Shown here: piece by piece, positions 14,662 through 22,795 of the stretch
Position numbering within the stretch: position 1 is the stretch's first letter
How the letters are laid out: each line of letters opens with the position of its first letter
Source of the DNA: Ruminococcus albus 7 = DSM 20455
Lineage (GTDB): Bacteria; Bacillota; Clostridia; Oscillospirales; Ruminococcaceae
NCBI RefSeq assembly: GCF_000179635.2
Contig: NC_014833.1
Location: 330,001 to 362,000 of the forward strand
Length of the DNA: 32,000 bases
Reading direction: 5' to 3'
Notes under the pieces: model-generated
What the model saw: the letters and a program-made list of their open reading frames with translations, nothing else
Database searches by the model: none
Told to the model about the DNA's origin: nothing
Position numbers and translations under genes: made by a program

Positions 14662-16248
14662 ATGAACGAGAGAAAAAATGCAAAAAAGGTAGCGGCAGGT
14701 CTGATCGCACTTACCATGGCAGCAGGAATGATACCTGCAGGTGTTTGCGGTTTTACAAGCATAGCAGCAAATGCTGATGAATTTGAGCTTGCAGTCCTTG
14801 CTGATGAAGTAGTTACCGATGATGAAACTACTGCAGCTGAAGAAGTTGAAGTTGTAGATTACAGCGCACTCAAAACAGGCAGTTACGTAATTGAAGACGG
14901 AAACGTTACTGTTGACAGTGTTATCACCGTTTCAGGCGTAGTTGATCTTACACTGAACGAGGGTGCTACACTTACTGCTTCTCAGGGTATAGTTATCGAA
15001 GAAGGCGCTGTACTCAACGTTTATGGTGAAGGTACACTTATCGCAGTTGGTGCTCCCAATGAAGGTACAAACCAGTTCGGTCACAATGCTATCAAGGGTA
15101 CTATAAACATTTACGGCGGTACTGTAGATGCTACTGCAAGTGATTCTGCACAGGGATATGGCAGCACAGGCTGGCTGCGCGGTAACGGCGGTGTTCCCGG
15201 TGTAGCAGCTATCGATGGTGATATAACTGTATATGGCGGCAAAGTTATCGCTAAGGGCGGTAATGCAGGCAATGGTGGCGATGGCTGGTATGCAGGCAAC
15301 GGCGGAAACGGCGGATATGCACTGGCAGGCAAGATCACAATCTACGGTGGCGATTTTGACCTTAAGGGCGGAAAAGCCGGCAAGGGCGTAAAGAGCAGCA
15401 ACTCATGGGGCGGTTATCCCGATGGCGTAGATGGTAAGGACGGTGCTGCATTCGATCCCAATTCTTCCGTATATGTAGACGGCAAGGGTGCAATTATTGA
15501 GAAGATCAACTATGTAACATGGAACTGGATCCTTCTTGAGGACGGTACATACACCGCAGTTCCCAAGCTGTTCAAGGCTGACGGCAGCGAGAGCGATATC
15601 AGCGAAAAGGAAGTAAACATTACAACTGCTTATTCTAAGGGTCTGACAATCTATACCGCTACTGTATTTGTTGACGGCAAGGCATACAGCAATTCTATCC
15701 AGACTGAGGCAAAGGTGAAGTATAACCCCGAAGTTACCCACGAGGAGGGTTATAAGAAGGTAACTCTGAAATGGGATAACGTATACGGTGCACAGAAGTA
15801 TGGTGTTGCCGGTTACGTAAACGGAACCTGGACACTTCTGGATCAGGTTCACGGCAATTCTTATGATCTGAAAAATCTGAAACCCGGTCACGAGTGCAAG
15901 GTAGCAGTAGTAGCTATGTTCAACGGTAGGTGGAACATGGATGATTCCAATGTTATCACTGTATCTCCCAAGGATGCTGAATATCCTCAGGTCAACGATA
16001 TTGAGTACAGCAGACAGTTCCATCAGTTCAGACTGCATTGGGATGAAGTAGATGATGCAGATGAGTACGCTGTTGCTGTTAAGCTTGCAGGCAAGTGGAA
16101 GGTCATCGGCCGCACCGAAGATACTTCTTATACTTCTCCTAAGCTGATAGTTGACAGCTCCTATGAGATGGTAGTTATTGCTAAGATCGACGGCAATTGG
16201 GATCTTGATGCTATTGATAGCAGATCCTTCAACGTAACTGTTCAGTAA
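14662..16248 (+). CDS. Secreted Gly-rich repeat (beta-helix-like) protein with two tandem C-terminal Fn3-like modules
   Basis: 528-aa ORF with SD AAGGAGG and a signal peptide. An acidic stretch comes next. Four units of the form x(I/V)x(I/V)YG(G/E), each followed by GGNxGxGG tracts, lie in aa 115-265. Two Fn3-like modules end the protein. Confidence 0.85.
   Translation: MNERKNAKKVAAGLIALTMAAGMIPAGVCGFTSIAANADEFELAVLADEVVTDDETTAAEEVEVVDYSALKTGSYVIEDGNVTVDSVITVSGVVDLTLNEGATLTASQGIVIEEGAVLNVYGEGTLIAVGAPNEGTNQFGHNAIKGTINIYGGTVDATASDSAQGYGSTGWLRGNGGVPGVAAIDGDITVYGGKVIAKGGNAGNGGDGWYAGNGGNGGYALAGKITIYGGDFDLKGGKAGKGVKSSNSWGGYPDGVDGKDGAAFDPNSSVYVDGKGAIIEKINYVTWNWILLEDGTYTAVPKLFKADGSESDISEKEVNITTAYSKGLTIYTATVFVDGKAYSNSIQTEAKVKYNPEVTHEEGYKKVTLKWDNVYGAQKYGVAGYVNGTWTLLDQVHGNSYDLKNLKPGHECKVAVVAMFNGRWNMDDSNVITVSPKDAEYPQVNDIEYSRQFHQFRLHWDEVDDADEYAVAVKLAGKWKVIGRTEDTSYTSPKLIVDSSYEMVVIAKIDGNWDLDAIDSRSFNVTVQ
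15721..16245 (+). other. two tandem Fn3-like modules (copies 2 and 3)
   Basis: Module one, 15721-15981: KKVTLKWDNVYGAQKYGVAGYVNGTWTLL..ECKVAVVAMFNGRW. Module two, 15982-16245: YPQVNDIEYSRQFHQFRLHWDEVDDADEYAVAVKLAGKWKVI..YEMVVIAKIDGNWD..FNVTVQ. Confidence 0.7.
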
Positions 16249-16283
16249 TAAGGCTGTTATAACAGATAATTCTGCAATTAAAT

Positions 16284-16312
16284 AAGGCGGTCCAATAACG
16301 GACCGCCTTTTT
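16284..16312. terminator. bidirectional rho-independent terminator between convergent genes
   Basis: AAGGCGGTCC (16284-16293) pairs with GGACCGCCTT (16300-16309): a perfect 10 bp with a 6-nt loop. It is flanked by A- and T-runs. Confidence 0.8.
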
Positions 16313-16327
16313 GCGTTATCTATATGT

Positions 16328-17989
16328 TCAAAGATTTCTTATCCCTTTAATATGTGCAGCTATCAGTGAAATGTCTGTAATATTCACCTTGCCGTCGCCG
16401 TTTACATCGGCTGCGGTTTTGTCCTTAGGTGTCTTTATTCCCTTGACCAGTGCCGCTGCAAGAGAAATGTCAGTAACATCTACCTTGCCGTCGTGGTTGA
16501 TATCACCTGTCTGAAGATCATCTACGGGTGGTACATCACCTTCGACGGGATAAGATCTAAGGTCGGGGAGCTCATCCAGTGTCAGAACATATTCGCTGTT
16601 ATAGACTTTCTTCCACATCTCAGCGGTGGAGTACTCTTCCGAAAGCTTGCTGCCGCTGCGAACGAATTCTCCGCCCCAGATACAGAACCAGCTCCACAGG
16701 GTATTTCTGTCATGAGCTACATCGGGATCAAAAAGACAGCCGTTCTCCGAAAGGGTTACTATCTTTGTGTCATCGGTATAATCTGCAGCCTCCAGGAACT
16801 TGCTTGACTGAGGAGAAGTCACCTGCTTGCCGGGGTATATGTCTTCACCGATGATATCCACATACTCATCTCCGGGATACCAGTCCTTTGACTGACCGTT
16901 GTATACCCATATCAGATTGTTCAGACCATGTTCATTTGTAAGCTTGTCATACATGGTCACCCAGAGCTTTTTGTAACTGTTCGCGCTTCCACTGCCCCAC
17001 CAGAACCAGCCGCCGCTGCCCTCGTGGAGAGGTCTGAACAGTATCGGAACATCTGCATCCTGCAGTTTTTTCAGTTCAGCTGCTATAGTATCAATATCAG
17101 ACATCAGCAGCTTATAACCCTCGGGATCCTTGCCGTTCATTACAGCATCAAAATCAATAGTAACATTTGCGGTGTAAAAACTGCCCCACCACATGGGGTT
17201 GCCGTTGCTGTCTTTTCCCTCTTTTATGTACTTTCTGGGTGCGCTCCAGTGCCAGCACATCTCAACTATTCCGCCTGCCTTAGAGAATTCAATTGCCTTT
17301 TCTACTGAGTTTCCCTTTGCGCCAAGAGATACTCTTGACGGTGTGTAGTCCATAAGGTCAAGTCCGACCAGTGCAGGGGTCTTGCCTGTAGCTTCCTTTA
17401 TTACCTTAAATTCTGTGCCGTTCAGACCGCCGTCGCACTGCTGTCCCGAAATTGTCTTCATACCGTAGTTGTCTTTCAGGAAAGCCATAAGACGCTTGGT
17501 GCTGTCAGTGGCATTTTTATTTGAAAGCTCACCCTTAACATCGTAGCTGTTTTTCAGCTGTGCTGCATTTATCACCAGTGCATCGATGTTTATCCAGCCC
17601 CATGAGGGTGTCACAGTGATGTCATGGCTGCCCTTTTCCATGAATACATTCTTTATTTCCGAATCGTTCATAGCGCCGCTTTCAGACTTGAATCTGCCTG
17701 TGAACTCACCATCTACGGAAGCGTTGTTCTCCTTGCTGCCGCCAATGCCCGAACTTATGAAATCCAGATCGTACCAGCCGGTCTCAGATATCTCCACCTT
17801 GAAAGTCACACTGCCCTCGCTTTTCAGGCTTACATAATCTCCCTGAACGTCAACTTTGTCCAGTACTGCCTTCTCAGCCTCATATCTTGCCGCAGCTTTC
17901 TCAGCTGAAACAGGTACTGATGCCAGAACACAGACTGCAGCGCATACAGCTGCCAGCACCCTTTTGTGCCTTGCTTTGATATTATCCAT
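16328..17989 (-). CDS. Secreted CBM35-like GH26 beta-mannanase with a C-terminal dockerin
   Basis: 553-aa ORF with SD GGAGGG and a signal peptide. The CBM block reads RYEAEKAVLDKVDVQGDYVSLKSEGSVTFKVEISETGWYDLDF. GH26 blocks are MCWHWSAP, FRPLHEGSGGWFWWG and TLSENGCLF. A dockerin closes the C-terminus. Confidence 0.92.
   Translation of the reverse strand: MDNIKARHKRVLAAVCAAVCVLASVPVSAEKAAARYEAEKAVLDKVDVQGDYVSLKSEGSVTFKVEISETGWYDLDFISSGIGGSKENNASVDGEFTGRFKSESGAMNDSEIKNVFMEKGSHDITVTPSWGWINIDALVINAAQLKNSYDVKGELSNKNATDSTKRLMAFLKDNYGMKTISGQQCDGGLNGTEFKVIKEATGKTPALVGLDLMDYTPSRVSLGAKGNSVEKAIEFSKAGGIVEMCWHWSAPRKYIKEGKDSNGNPMWWGSFYTANVTIDFDAVMNGKDPEGYKLLMSDIDTIAAELKKLQDADVPILFRPLHEGSGGWFWWGSGSANSYKKLWVTMYDKLTNEHGLNNLIWVYNGQSKDWYPGDEYVDIIGEDIYPGKQVTSPQSSKFLEAADYTDDTKIVTLSENGCLFDPDVAHDRNTLWSWFCIWGGEFVRSGSKLSEEYSTAEMWKKVYNSEYVLTLDELPDLRSYPVEGDVPPVDDLQTGDINHDGKVDVTDISLAAALVKGIKTPKDKTAADVNGDGKVNITDISLIAAHIKGIRNL
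16331..16507 (-). other. type I dockerin module
   Basis: GDINHDGKVDVTDISLAAALVKGIK ... ADVNGDGKVNITDISLIAAHIKGIRNL. Confidence 0.9.
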
Positions 17990-18036
17990 TGATTATCCCT
18001 CCGAAAATTATTCATACAGAATCCTTCTGCTGTATC

Positions 18037-18065
18037 ATTCTAACATGAATGACCGCCTTTGTAAA
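18037..18065 (-). promoter_or_regulatory. sigma-A promoter (extended -10) of the GH26-dockerin gene
   Basis: On the minus strand: -35 TTTACA (18060-18065), a 17-nt spacer ending in TGT, -10 TAGAAT (18037-18042). Confidence 0.5.
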
Positions 18066-18164
18066 TAGTTTCAGGATATTTCCCGCAAAAAAGAGAATGA
18101 AATTGTTTTCAGAAAAGGATTACCTTGTCTGTTTGCATAAATGATCACAAATGCAGATCAGTAT

Positions 18165-18530
18165 TTATACTATGGTATATCCTTCTGAGGTCAAAGCATC
18201 CAATGCCCGTTCAAAGTTTTCTTCTTTCACAAGGATATAATCCGTGTTATATGTTGATACTGCGAATATGCCGATCTTATGTTCTGCCAGGATGCCGGAT
18301 AGTTTTGAAAGTATACCGATCAATGAAAAGTCAAGAACTCCCTGGATACGGAAACCTCTCCATCCGTCATCACGTTCGATAGTGTTTTGCGGCGTATCCT
18401 CTGATCTGCACACCAATGATAATTCTTCATCGGTCTTACCTATAAAATAAAAATCAGTATCCACGTCGATATCCGAAAACTTTGATACTTTACATACAGT
18501 AAGCTCATAATTGATGATCTTCAGCTCCAT
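18165..18530 (-). CDS. ACT-domain-containing protein (ACT_7 type)
   Basis: 121-aa ORF with SD AGGAGG. The layout is that of small two-lobed ACT_7 proteins: N-terminal lobe MELKIINYELTVCKV..YFIGKTDEELSLVC, ACT lobe WRGFRIQGVLDFSLIGILSKLSGILAEHKIGIFAVSTYNTDYILV. Confidence 0.7.
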   Translation of the reverse strand: MELKIINYELTVCKVSKFSDIDVDTDFYFIGKTDEELSLVCRSEDTPQNTIERDDGWRGFRIQGVLDFSLIGILSKLSGILAEHKIGIFAVSTYNTDYILVKEENFERALDALTSEGYTIV

Positions 18531-18593
18531 AGATATTGTTTCCTCCTAAAAATCTGATCTTTCAGGCAGTCAAACTGCCGATACTCTACCTGA

Positions 18594-18622
18594 ATTATAT
18601 CATTCAGCCCCAAAAAAGTCAA
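18594..18622 (-). promoter_or_regulatory. sigma-A promoter of the ACT-domain gene
   Basis: On the minus strand: -35 TTGACT (18617-18622), a 17-nt spacer, -10 TATAAT (18594-18599). Confidence 0.55.
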
Positions 18623-18661
18623 TCGTCAACCAATAAAGTGAACAATACAGCAATAGTTGGC

Positions 18662-18690
18662 TTGATTGTTCTGTTATTATATTCTATACT
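18662..18690 (+). promoter_or_regulatory. candidate sigma-A promoter of the flavoprotein gene
   Basis: -35 TTGATT (18662-18667), a 17-nt spacer, -10 TATACT (18685-18690). This leaves a roughly 125-nt leader. Confidence 0.45.
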
Positions 18691-18819
18691 AAGTAATACG
18701 GTGTGAACAGTCTGAGTTGTAAAACTTAGTAAAAATATATGGTCATTCCTTGAACACACCGCTTTATACACCGGTATAACAGTGAGATGACCATATAAGA
18801 TCATTAAAAGGAGAATATT

Positions 18820-19764
18820 ATGGGATTCAAAGTAATGGGCGTTACTGCCGGACGTAAGGACAGCAACTGTGAGATACTGCTGAAAGAGGCACTTCTTGTC
18901 TGTCAGGAGCAGGGTGCTGAGATAACTATGATCAATCTCAAGGACTATGAACTGCTTGACTGCACAGGCTGTACTTCATGTACAATGGGAATGTCAATGG
19001 GTAAGCATACAGGCTGTTCACTTGACAAAAAGGACGATAAGAAAAAGATAATGGACATTCTTCTCGATCAGGATGCTGTTATTTTTTCAGCACCTACATA
19101 CGCGCTTATGCCGTCCTCGCTTTTCCTGAAATTCATGCACCGCAACCTCGCGTATGAAACTGCATTCCTTACCAAGATAGGCGCTATAGCTCCCCGTGAC
19201 CGTGTAGGTGCCCTCATCGCTGTGGGCGGTTCAACACGTTCATGGCAGTCGATGGCTCTGGAATGTATGCAGGCAGCTACATTCTCAAACAGCTTCAAGA
19301 TAGTTGATATGTACATGGCAACAATGGTGCCCGCTCCCGCACAGGTTCTTCTGCACGAGGAAAAGCTTGCAAGGGCAAGAGAGATAGGTGCAAATATCAT
19401 GAAGTCACTGAATACCCCTGCCGCAGAGCGTCAGTGGCTGGGTGAGCCTGATGCAGGCTGGTGTCCTAACTGCCACAGCAATTGTCTTTGCCTTGGCGAA
19501 CCCCAGTGGAAGGGATTACAGTATCCTATAGAATGTGCAGTATGCGGTGCAGGCGGAGATCTTGTCAAGACAGATGACGGCAAGTGGAAATTTGTGATAG
19601 CAGCAAACGGACTTGAACGTGACCGTACTTCCGAGGAAGGCAGAGGAGTTCATTGTGACGAGATCGCAGATACACAGGGCGGTTTCTTTATGGATCCCCA
19701 GAAGCGCGCAACTGTTGCAGAGAAACTGGAGAAATATAAAAAGATAAAGTTCCCGGGAATATAA
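18820..19764 (+). CDS. NADPH-dependent FMN reductase / iron-sulfur-flavoprotein-like protein with a Cys-rich C-terminal extension
   Basis: 314-aa ORF with SD AAAGGAG. The flavodoxin-like N-terminus reads KVMGVTAGRKDSNCEILLKEAL. A compact Cys cluster reads CTGCTSC..(11 aa)..C. The C-terminal segment reads WCPNCHSNCLC..ECAVCG (CxxC...CxxC). Confidence 0.65.
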   Translation: MGFKVMGVTAGRKDSNCEILLKEALLVCQEQGAEITMINLKDYELLDCTGCTSCTMGMSMGKHTGCSLDKKDDKKKIMDILLDQDAVIFSAPTYALMPSSLFLKFMHRNLAYETAFLTKIGAIAPRDRVGALIAVGGSTRSWQSMALECMQAATFSNSFKIVDMYMATMVPAPAQVLLHEEKLARAREIGANIMKSLNTPAAERQWLGEPDAGWCPNCHSNCLCLGEPQWKGLQYPIECAVCGAGGDLVKTDDGKWKFVIAANGLERDRTSEEGRGVHCDEIADTQGGFFMDPQKRATVAEKLEKYKKIKFPGI

Positions 19765-19854
19765 TTGTCTATTAGGGAATAGTATGCTGATAATGTGTGG
19801 GCTGCAGCCTCTGCTATCCGCATAGGGATGATTAACATTTTGATGTAAAAGACG

Positions 19855-19890
19855 ATAGCGCCCTCTCTGATGTTTAGGAAGGGGCGCTAT
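19855..19890. terminator. GC-rich hairpin downstream of the flavoprotein gene
   Basis: ATAGCGCCCT (19855-19864) pairs with GGGGCGCTAT (19881-19890): 10 bp including one G-U pair, with a 16-nt loop. The U-tract is poor on the plus strand, and CGTCTTTT follows on the minus strand. Confidence 0.4.
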
Positions 19891-19934
19891 TTATGGGTAT
19901 AGTCAAACTCACAGATACTGGGGATATGCTGCTG

Positions 19935-19974
19935 AAAACGGACAGCCATCCGACAAAGATCAGCTGTCCGTTTT
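19935..19974. terminator. terminator hairpin about 30 nt downstream of the minus-strand DUF285 gene
   Basis: AAAACGGACAGC (19935-19946) pairs with GCTGTCCGTTTT (19963-19974): a perfect 12 bp with the A/T tracts built into the stem ends. Confidence 0.6.
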
Positions 19975-20005
19975 GAGTTTGAGAGATATTTACAATGCTG
20001 ACCTG

Positions 20006-21397
20006 TCACTTTACGGTAACAGTCACGGCATTTTTGATCGGGTTTGTTGTATCCCAACTGCCGTTCACTCTTGCAGCAACAGCGATTTTGTAGGTCTTGC
20101 CGGTGGTGAGGTTCTTGGGTGATGTGTATACAGTGCCTGTTATGTTCTGAGTCTGTATCCTCCACTTGCCTGCAAGGTATACAGCTATGCCGTATCTGTC
20201 AGCGCCTTCCACCTTGTTCCATGTAAATCTTACCTGGTGATATGTCTCGCTGTATTCGACCTTGATATTTGTGGGATATGTATTAGTGCTGTCGGAGTTT
20301 CCTGTATCGGTGCCAAAGCGCTTGTAGGTGTTCTTTCCGCTGTTTTCGATAACTGCATATTTACCGTTTCCGCTTATAATGGTTTTGGGTGCATTAACAT
20401 TTACCCATCCGTCGCCATTTGGCAGATATGTATTTTGTGCTATATTTTTGAAATCCTTGCCAAGGGTGATAGTATTCAGACCATCGCATAGGGTGAACAT
20501 ATCGTTCATGTATATGACCTCACTTGTGTCAAAACTGCTGAGATCAAGGGAAGTCAGGGCGGTGCAGCCTCCGAACATAGTGTACATCTCTGTGACTTTA
20601 CGTGTATCAAAACCGCTTATATCAAGCTTTGTCAGAGCAGAACAGCCGTTGAACATACTGTACATAAGTGTAACATTGGATGTGTTGAATCTGCTAAGAT
20701 CAAGTCTGGAAATACCTGAACAGCAATAGAACATACTGCCCATATTTGTAACGTTACCTGTATCAAATCCGCTTACATCAAGTGCAGTCAGCTTTTTGCA
20801 GTTTAAGAACATGGCACTCATATCTGTGACCTTGCTTGTATCAAAACTTCTAAGATCAAGTGAAGAAAGGTTGGTGCAGCCATAGAACATACCGGACATA
20901 TCCGTAACATTACTTGTATCAAATCCACTGAGATCTATCGAAGACAGATTCTTACATCCGCTGAACATATCAGCCATATTCGTGACCTTGCTTGTGTCGA
21001 GATCACGTACAGCTATTTTTTTTAGCGCAGAACACTCAGCAAAAATTGAGCTCATATCTGTTACGCTGCTTGCATCAGCCTTTGAAAGATCTATAGAAGT
21101 GCAATTATTGTAATAGTAAAAAAGGCTGCTGCTGTTGTTCGGGAGTACTGTTCCCTCCTCGGCTGTTACAGATATTACTTTTACATCATTATAATAGCCG
21201 AATTCCTTTAATGTATCACGATCTACCTCTCCTCTGAGGGTGAGCACACCTGTTGTTTCGTCAAAGGAATAACAGCTGCAATCAATTGAAGCGGCCTGAG
21301 CTGTGATGTTTTTTGTGATTATTGGTGTTCCGTAGCTGACAGCACCTGCTGCCATACAAAGTGACATTACTACTGCCATAAATTTCTTTACCTGCAT
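20006..21397 (-). CDS. BspA-family (DUF285-type) leucine-rich-repeat surface protein with a C-terminal Fn3-like module
   Basis: 463-aa ORF with SD GGAGGAA and a signal peptide. About 9 repeats fit LD(L/V)SxFDTSxVTxMxxMFxxCxxLxx. The Fn3-like C-terminus is the closest match to that of the 731..3496 protein. Confidence 0.88.
   Translation of the reverse strand: MQVKKFMAVVMSLCMAAGAVSYGTPIITKNITAQAASIDCSCYSFDETTGVLTLRGEVDRDTLKEFGYYNDVKVISVTAEEGTVLPNNSSSLFYYYNNCTSIDLSKADASSVTDMSSIFAECSALKKIAVRDLDTSKVTNMADMFSGCKNLSSIDLSGFDTSNVTDMSGMFYGCTNLSSLDLRSFDTSKVTDMSAMFLNCKKLTALDVSGFDTGNVTNMGSMFYCCSGISRLDLSRFNTSNVTLMYSMFNGCSALTKLDISGFDTRKVTEMYTMFGGCTALTSLDLSSFDTSEVIYMNDMFTLCDGLNTITLGKDFKNIAQNTYLPNGDGWVNVNAPKTIISGNGKYAVIENSGKNTYKRFGTDTGNSDSTNTYPTNIKVEYSETYHQVRFTWNKVEGADRYGIAVYLAGKWRIQTQNITGTVYTSPKNLTTGKTYKIAVAARVNGSWDTTNPIKNAVTVTVK
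20009..20278 (-). other. C-terminal Fn3-like module (copy 4)
   Basis: YPTNIKVEYSETYHQVRFTWNKVEGADRYGIAVYLAGKWRIQTQ..TYKIAVAARVNGSWDTTNPIKNAVTVTVK. By my hand alignment, 60 of 92 positions are identical to copy 1. Confidence 0.7.
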
Positions 21398-21480
21398 GAT
21401 CGTTCCTCCGTTTTACAGTTATTGCCCACCGAAAGACTGTTTAGCGGTATGACAATATTTTAACCGATATTTCAAGAACT

Positions 21481-21509
21481 ATGATAGCACATATAAAAAT
21501 CAATGTCAA
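21481..21509 (-). promoter_or_regulatory. sigma-A promoter (extended -10) of the DUF285 surface-protein gene
   Basis: On the minus strand: -35 TTGACA (21504-21509), a 17-nt spacer ending in TGC, -10 TATCAT (21481-21486). Confidence 0.6.
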
Positions 21510-21884
21510 TGATTTTTGTATTATCATTTGATCATTCGTGGGTTCTCAATAAAATGATAGCTTGTTAATTTATAATTTATTCAATGAACTAAAGTAAGTA
21601 CGATGATTTGTATGTAAATAATATAATTAATACTTCTGTGATATTTTGGGCCTCGCTTGCCGGATCCCGACTTGCTTGATCGATGTGCCGATTAGTGTAA
21701 GTTCCTGGAAATACCATTTTCTAGAAGTTTGTGCGCTGCTTTGATATATATATCGCTATGGTGATTTTAATTCACTGAAAATTAACATATGATTTACGCA
21801 GATTTTGAAACTTTTGAGCTTTTTGAACGTCTATTATAATGTATAATAAAACTAATATGTTTGAAAGAGAAGGTAATGAAAAAA

Positions 21885-22718
21885 ATGAAGAGAAAACTAT
21901 TTTGTGAGTTATGTCCCCTTACATATGCTTTATCCGTAAAAAAATGCGAAGCACTCAGATTCTTGCACGATCTTAAAGATAAGCATACATTCGCCCGCAC
22001 TATCTCCGAGGACAAGCTGGAATACGTGATATACAAGCACAATTCCCTTATACGCAGGCGTCTTGGAAATGTAAATATGCAGCTTCAGGAAAACAAGGCT
22101 GTCAATCTTTCGCTTGCAGCCCCGAAGATAAATGGTGTACTTATTCATCCGGGTGAAACTTTTTCCTTCTGGAATCTTGTCGGCAGTCTTACAGTGAAAA
22201 AGGGCTACCGCGAGGGGCTGACCATATTTTCCGATCATCCGTCCTCCGGTCTTGGCGGAGGTATGTGCCAGATGACCAATCTGATACACTGGATGATACT
22301 CCATTCCGAAATGACTATCACCGAACATCACCACCACGATCAGATAGACCTTTTCCCTGATTTCAACAGAACTATACCTTTCGGTACAGGTACATCTATA
22401 ATGTACAATTATCTTGATTACCGCTTCCGCAACGATACCGACAATACTTATCAGCTTATAATCTATACGACCGATGAGTATCTCTGCGGTGAACTTAGGG
22501 CAGAAAAAAGGCAGGATTACAAGTTCCATATACAGGCAGAGAATGTATATTTTTCCCGTGAAGACGGTGTAGTTTACCGTAACGGAGATGTTTACCGCGA
22601 AAAAGTCGACCGCCGCTCGGGAGTGCACGTTTCAAAAGAGGTAATAAGGCATAACCACGCGAGGGTATGTTATGATACATCTGATCTGACGATAGTTGAT
22701 CAGCAACCTGCAGTGTGA
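21885..22718 (+). CDS. VanW-family protein
   Basis: VanW blocks are HPGETFSFWNLVG, KGYREG, GLGGGMCQMTNLIHW and ITEHHHH. The start is ambiguous. The ORF track begins at the TTG at 21861, with in-frame ATGs at 21876 and 21885. I prefer 21885 because it lies about 11 nt after GAGAAGG. Confidence 0.8.
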   Translation: MKRKLFCELCPLTYALSVKKCEALRFLHDLKDKHTFARTISEDKLEYVIYKHNSLIRRRLGNVNMQLQENKAVNLSLAAPKINGVLIHPGETFSFWNLVGSLTVKKGYREGLTIFSDHPSSGLGGGMCQMTNLIHWMILHSEMTITEHHHHDQIDLFPDFNRTIPFGTGTSIMYNYLDYRFRNDTDNTYQLIIYTTDEYLCGELRAEKRQDYKFHIQAENVYFSREDGVVYRNGDVYREKVDRRSGVHVSKEVIRHNHARVCYDTSDLTIVDQQPAV

Positions 22719-22760
22719 TATCAAAGCTGATGACAAATAAATAGTCTAGTATAAATAGTG

Positions 22761-22789
22761 AGGGGCTGTTGCGTGTTGCAACAGCCCCT
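22761..22789. terminator. bidirectional terminator between the convergent VanW and iorB genes
   Basis: AGGGGCTGTTGC (22761-22772) pairs with GCAACAGCCCCT (22778-22789): a perfect 12 bp with a 5-nt loop. Confidence 0.7.
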
Positions 22790-22795
22790 TTATCC

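Noticed and set aside
15403-16038. 211-aa minus-strand ORF inside the Gly-rich protein gene (also 15111..15338)
   Set aside because: It is antisense to the Fn3-like modules, which are conserved with two other proteins in the window. It has no SD or domain signal.
21648-21700. Short GC-rich island (GGGCCTCGCTTGCCGGATCCCGACTTGCTTGATCGATGTGCCG) inside an otherwise very AT-rich intergenic region
   Set aside because: It stands out in composition. I could not fold it into a convincing hairpin, match it to tRNA or sRNA features, or find a repeat partner in the window. It is left unexplained rather than called.
21930-22628. 232-aa minus-strand ORF covering the VanW gene
   Set aside because: The plus-strand frame carries the VanW blocks (GETFSFW, GGGMCQ). 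The antisense product has no recognisable features.
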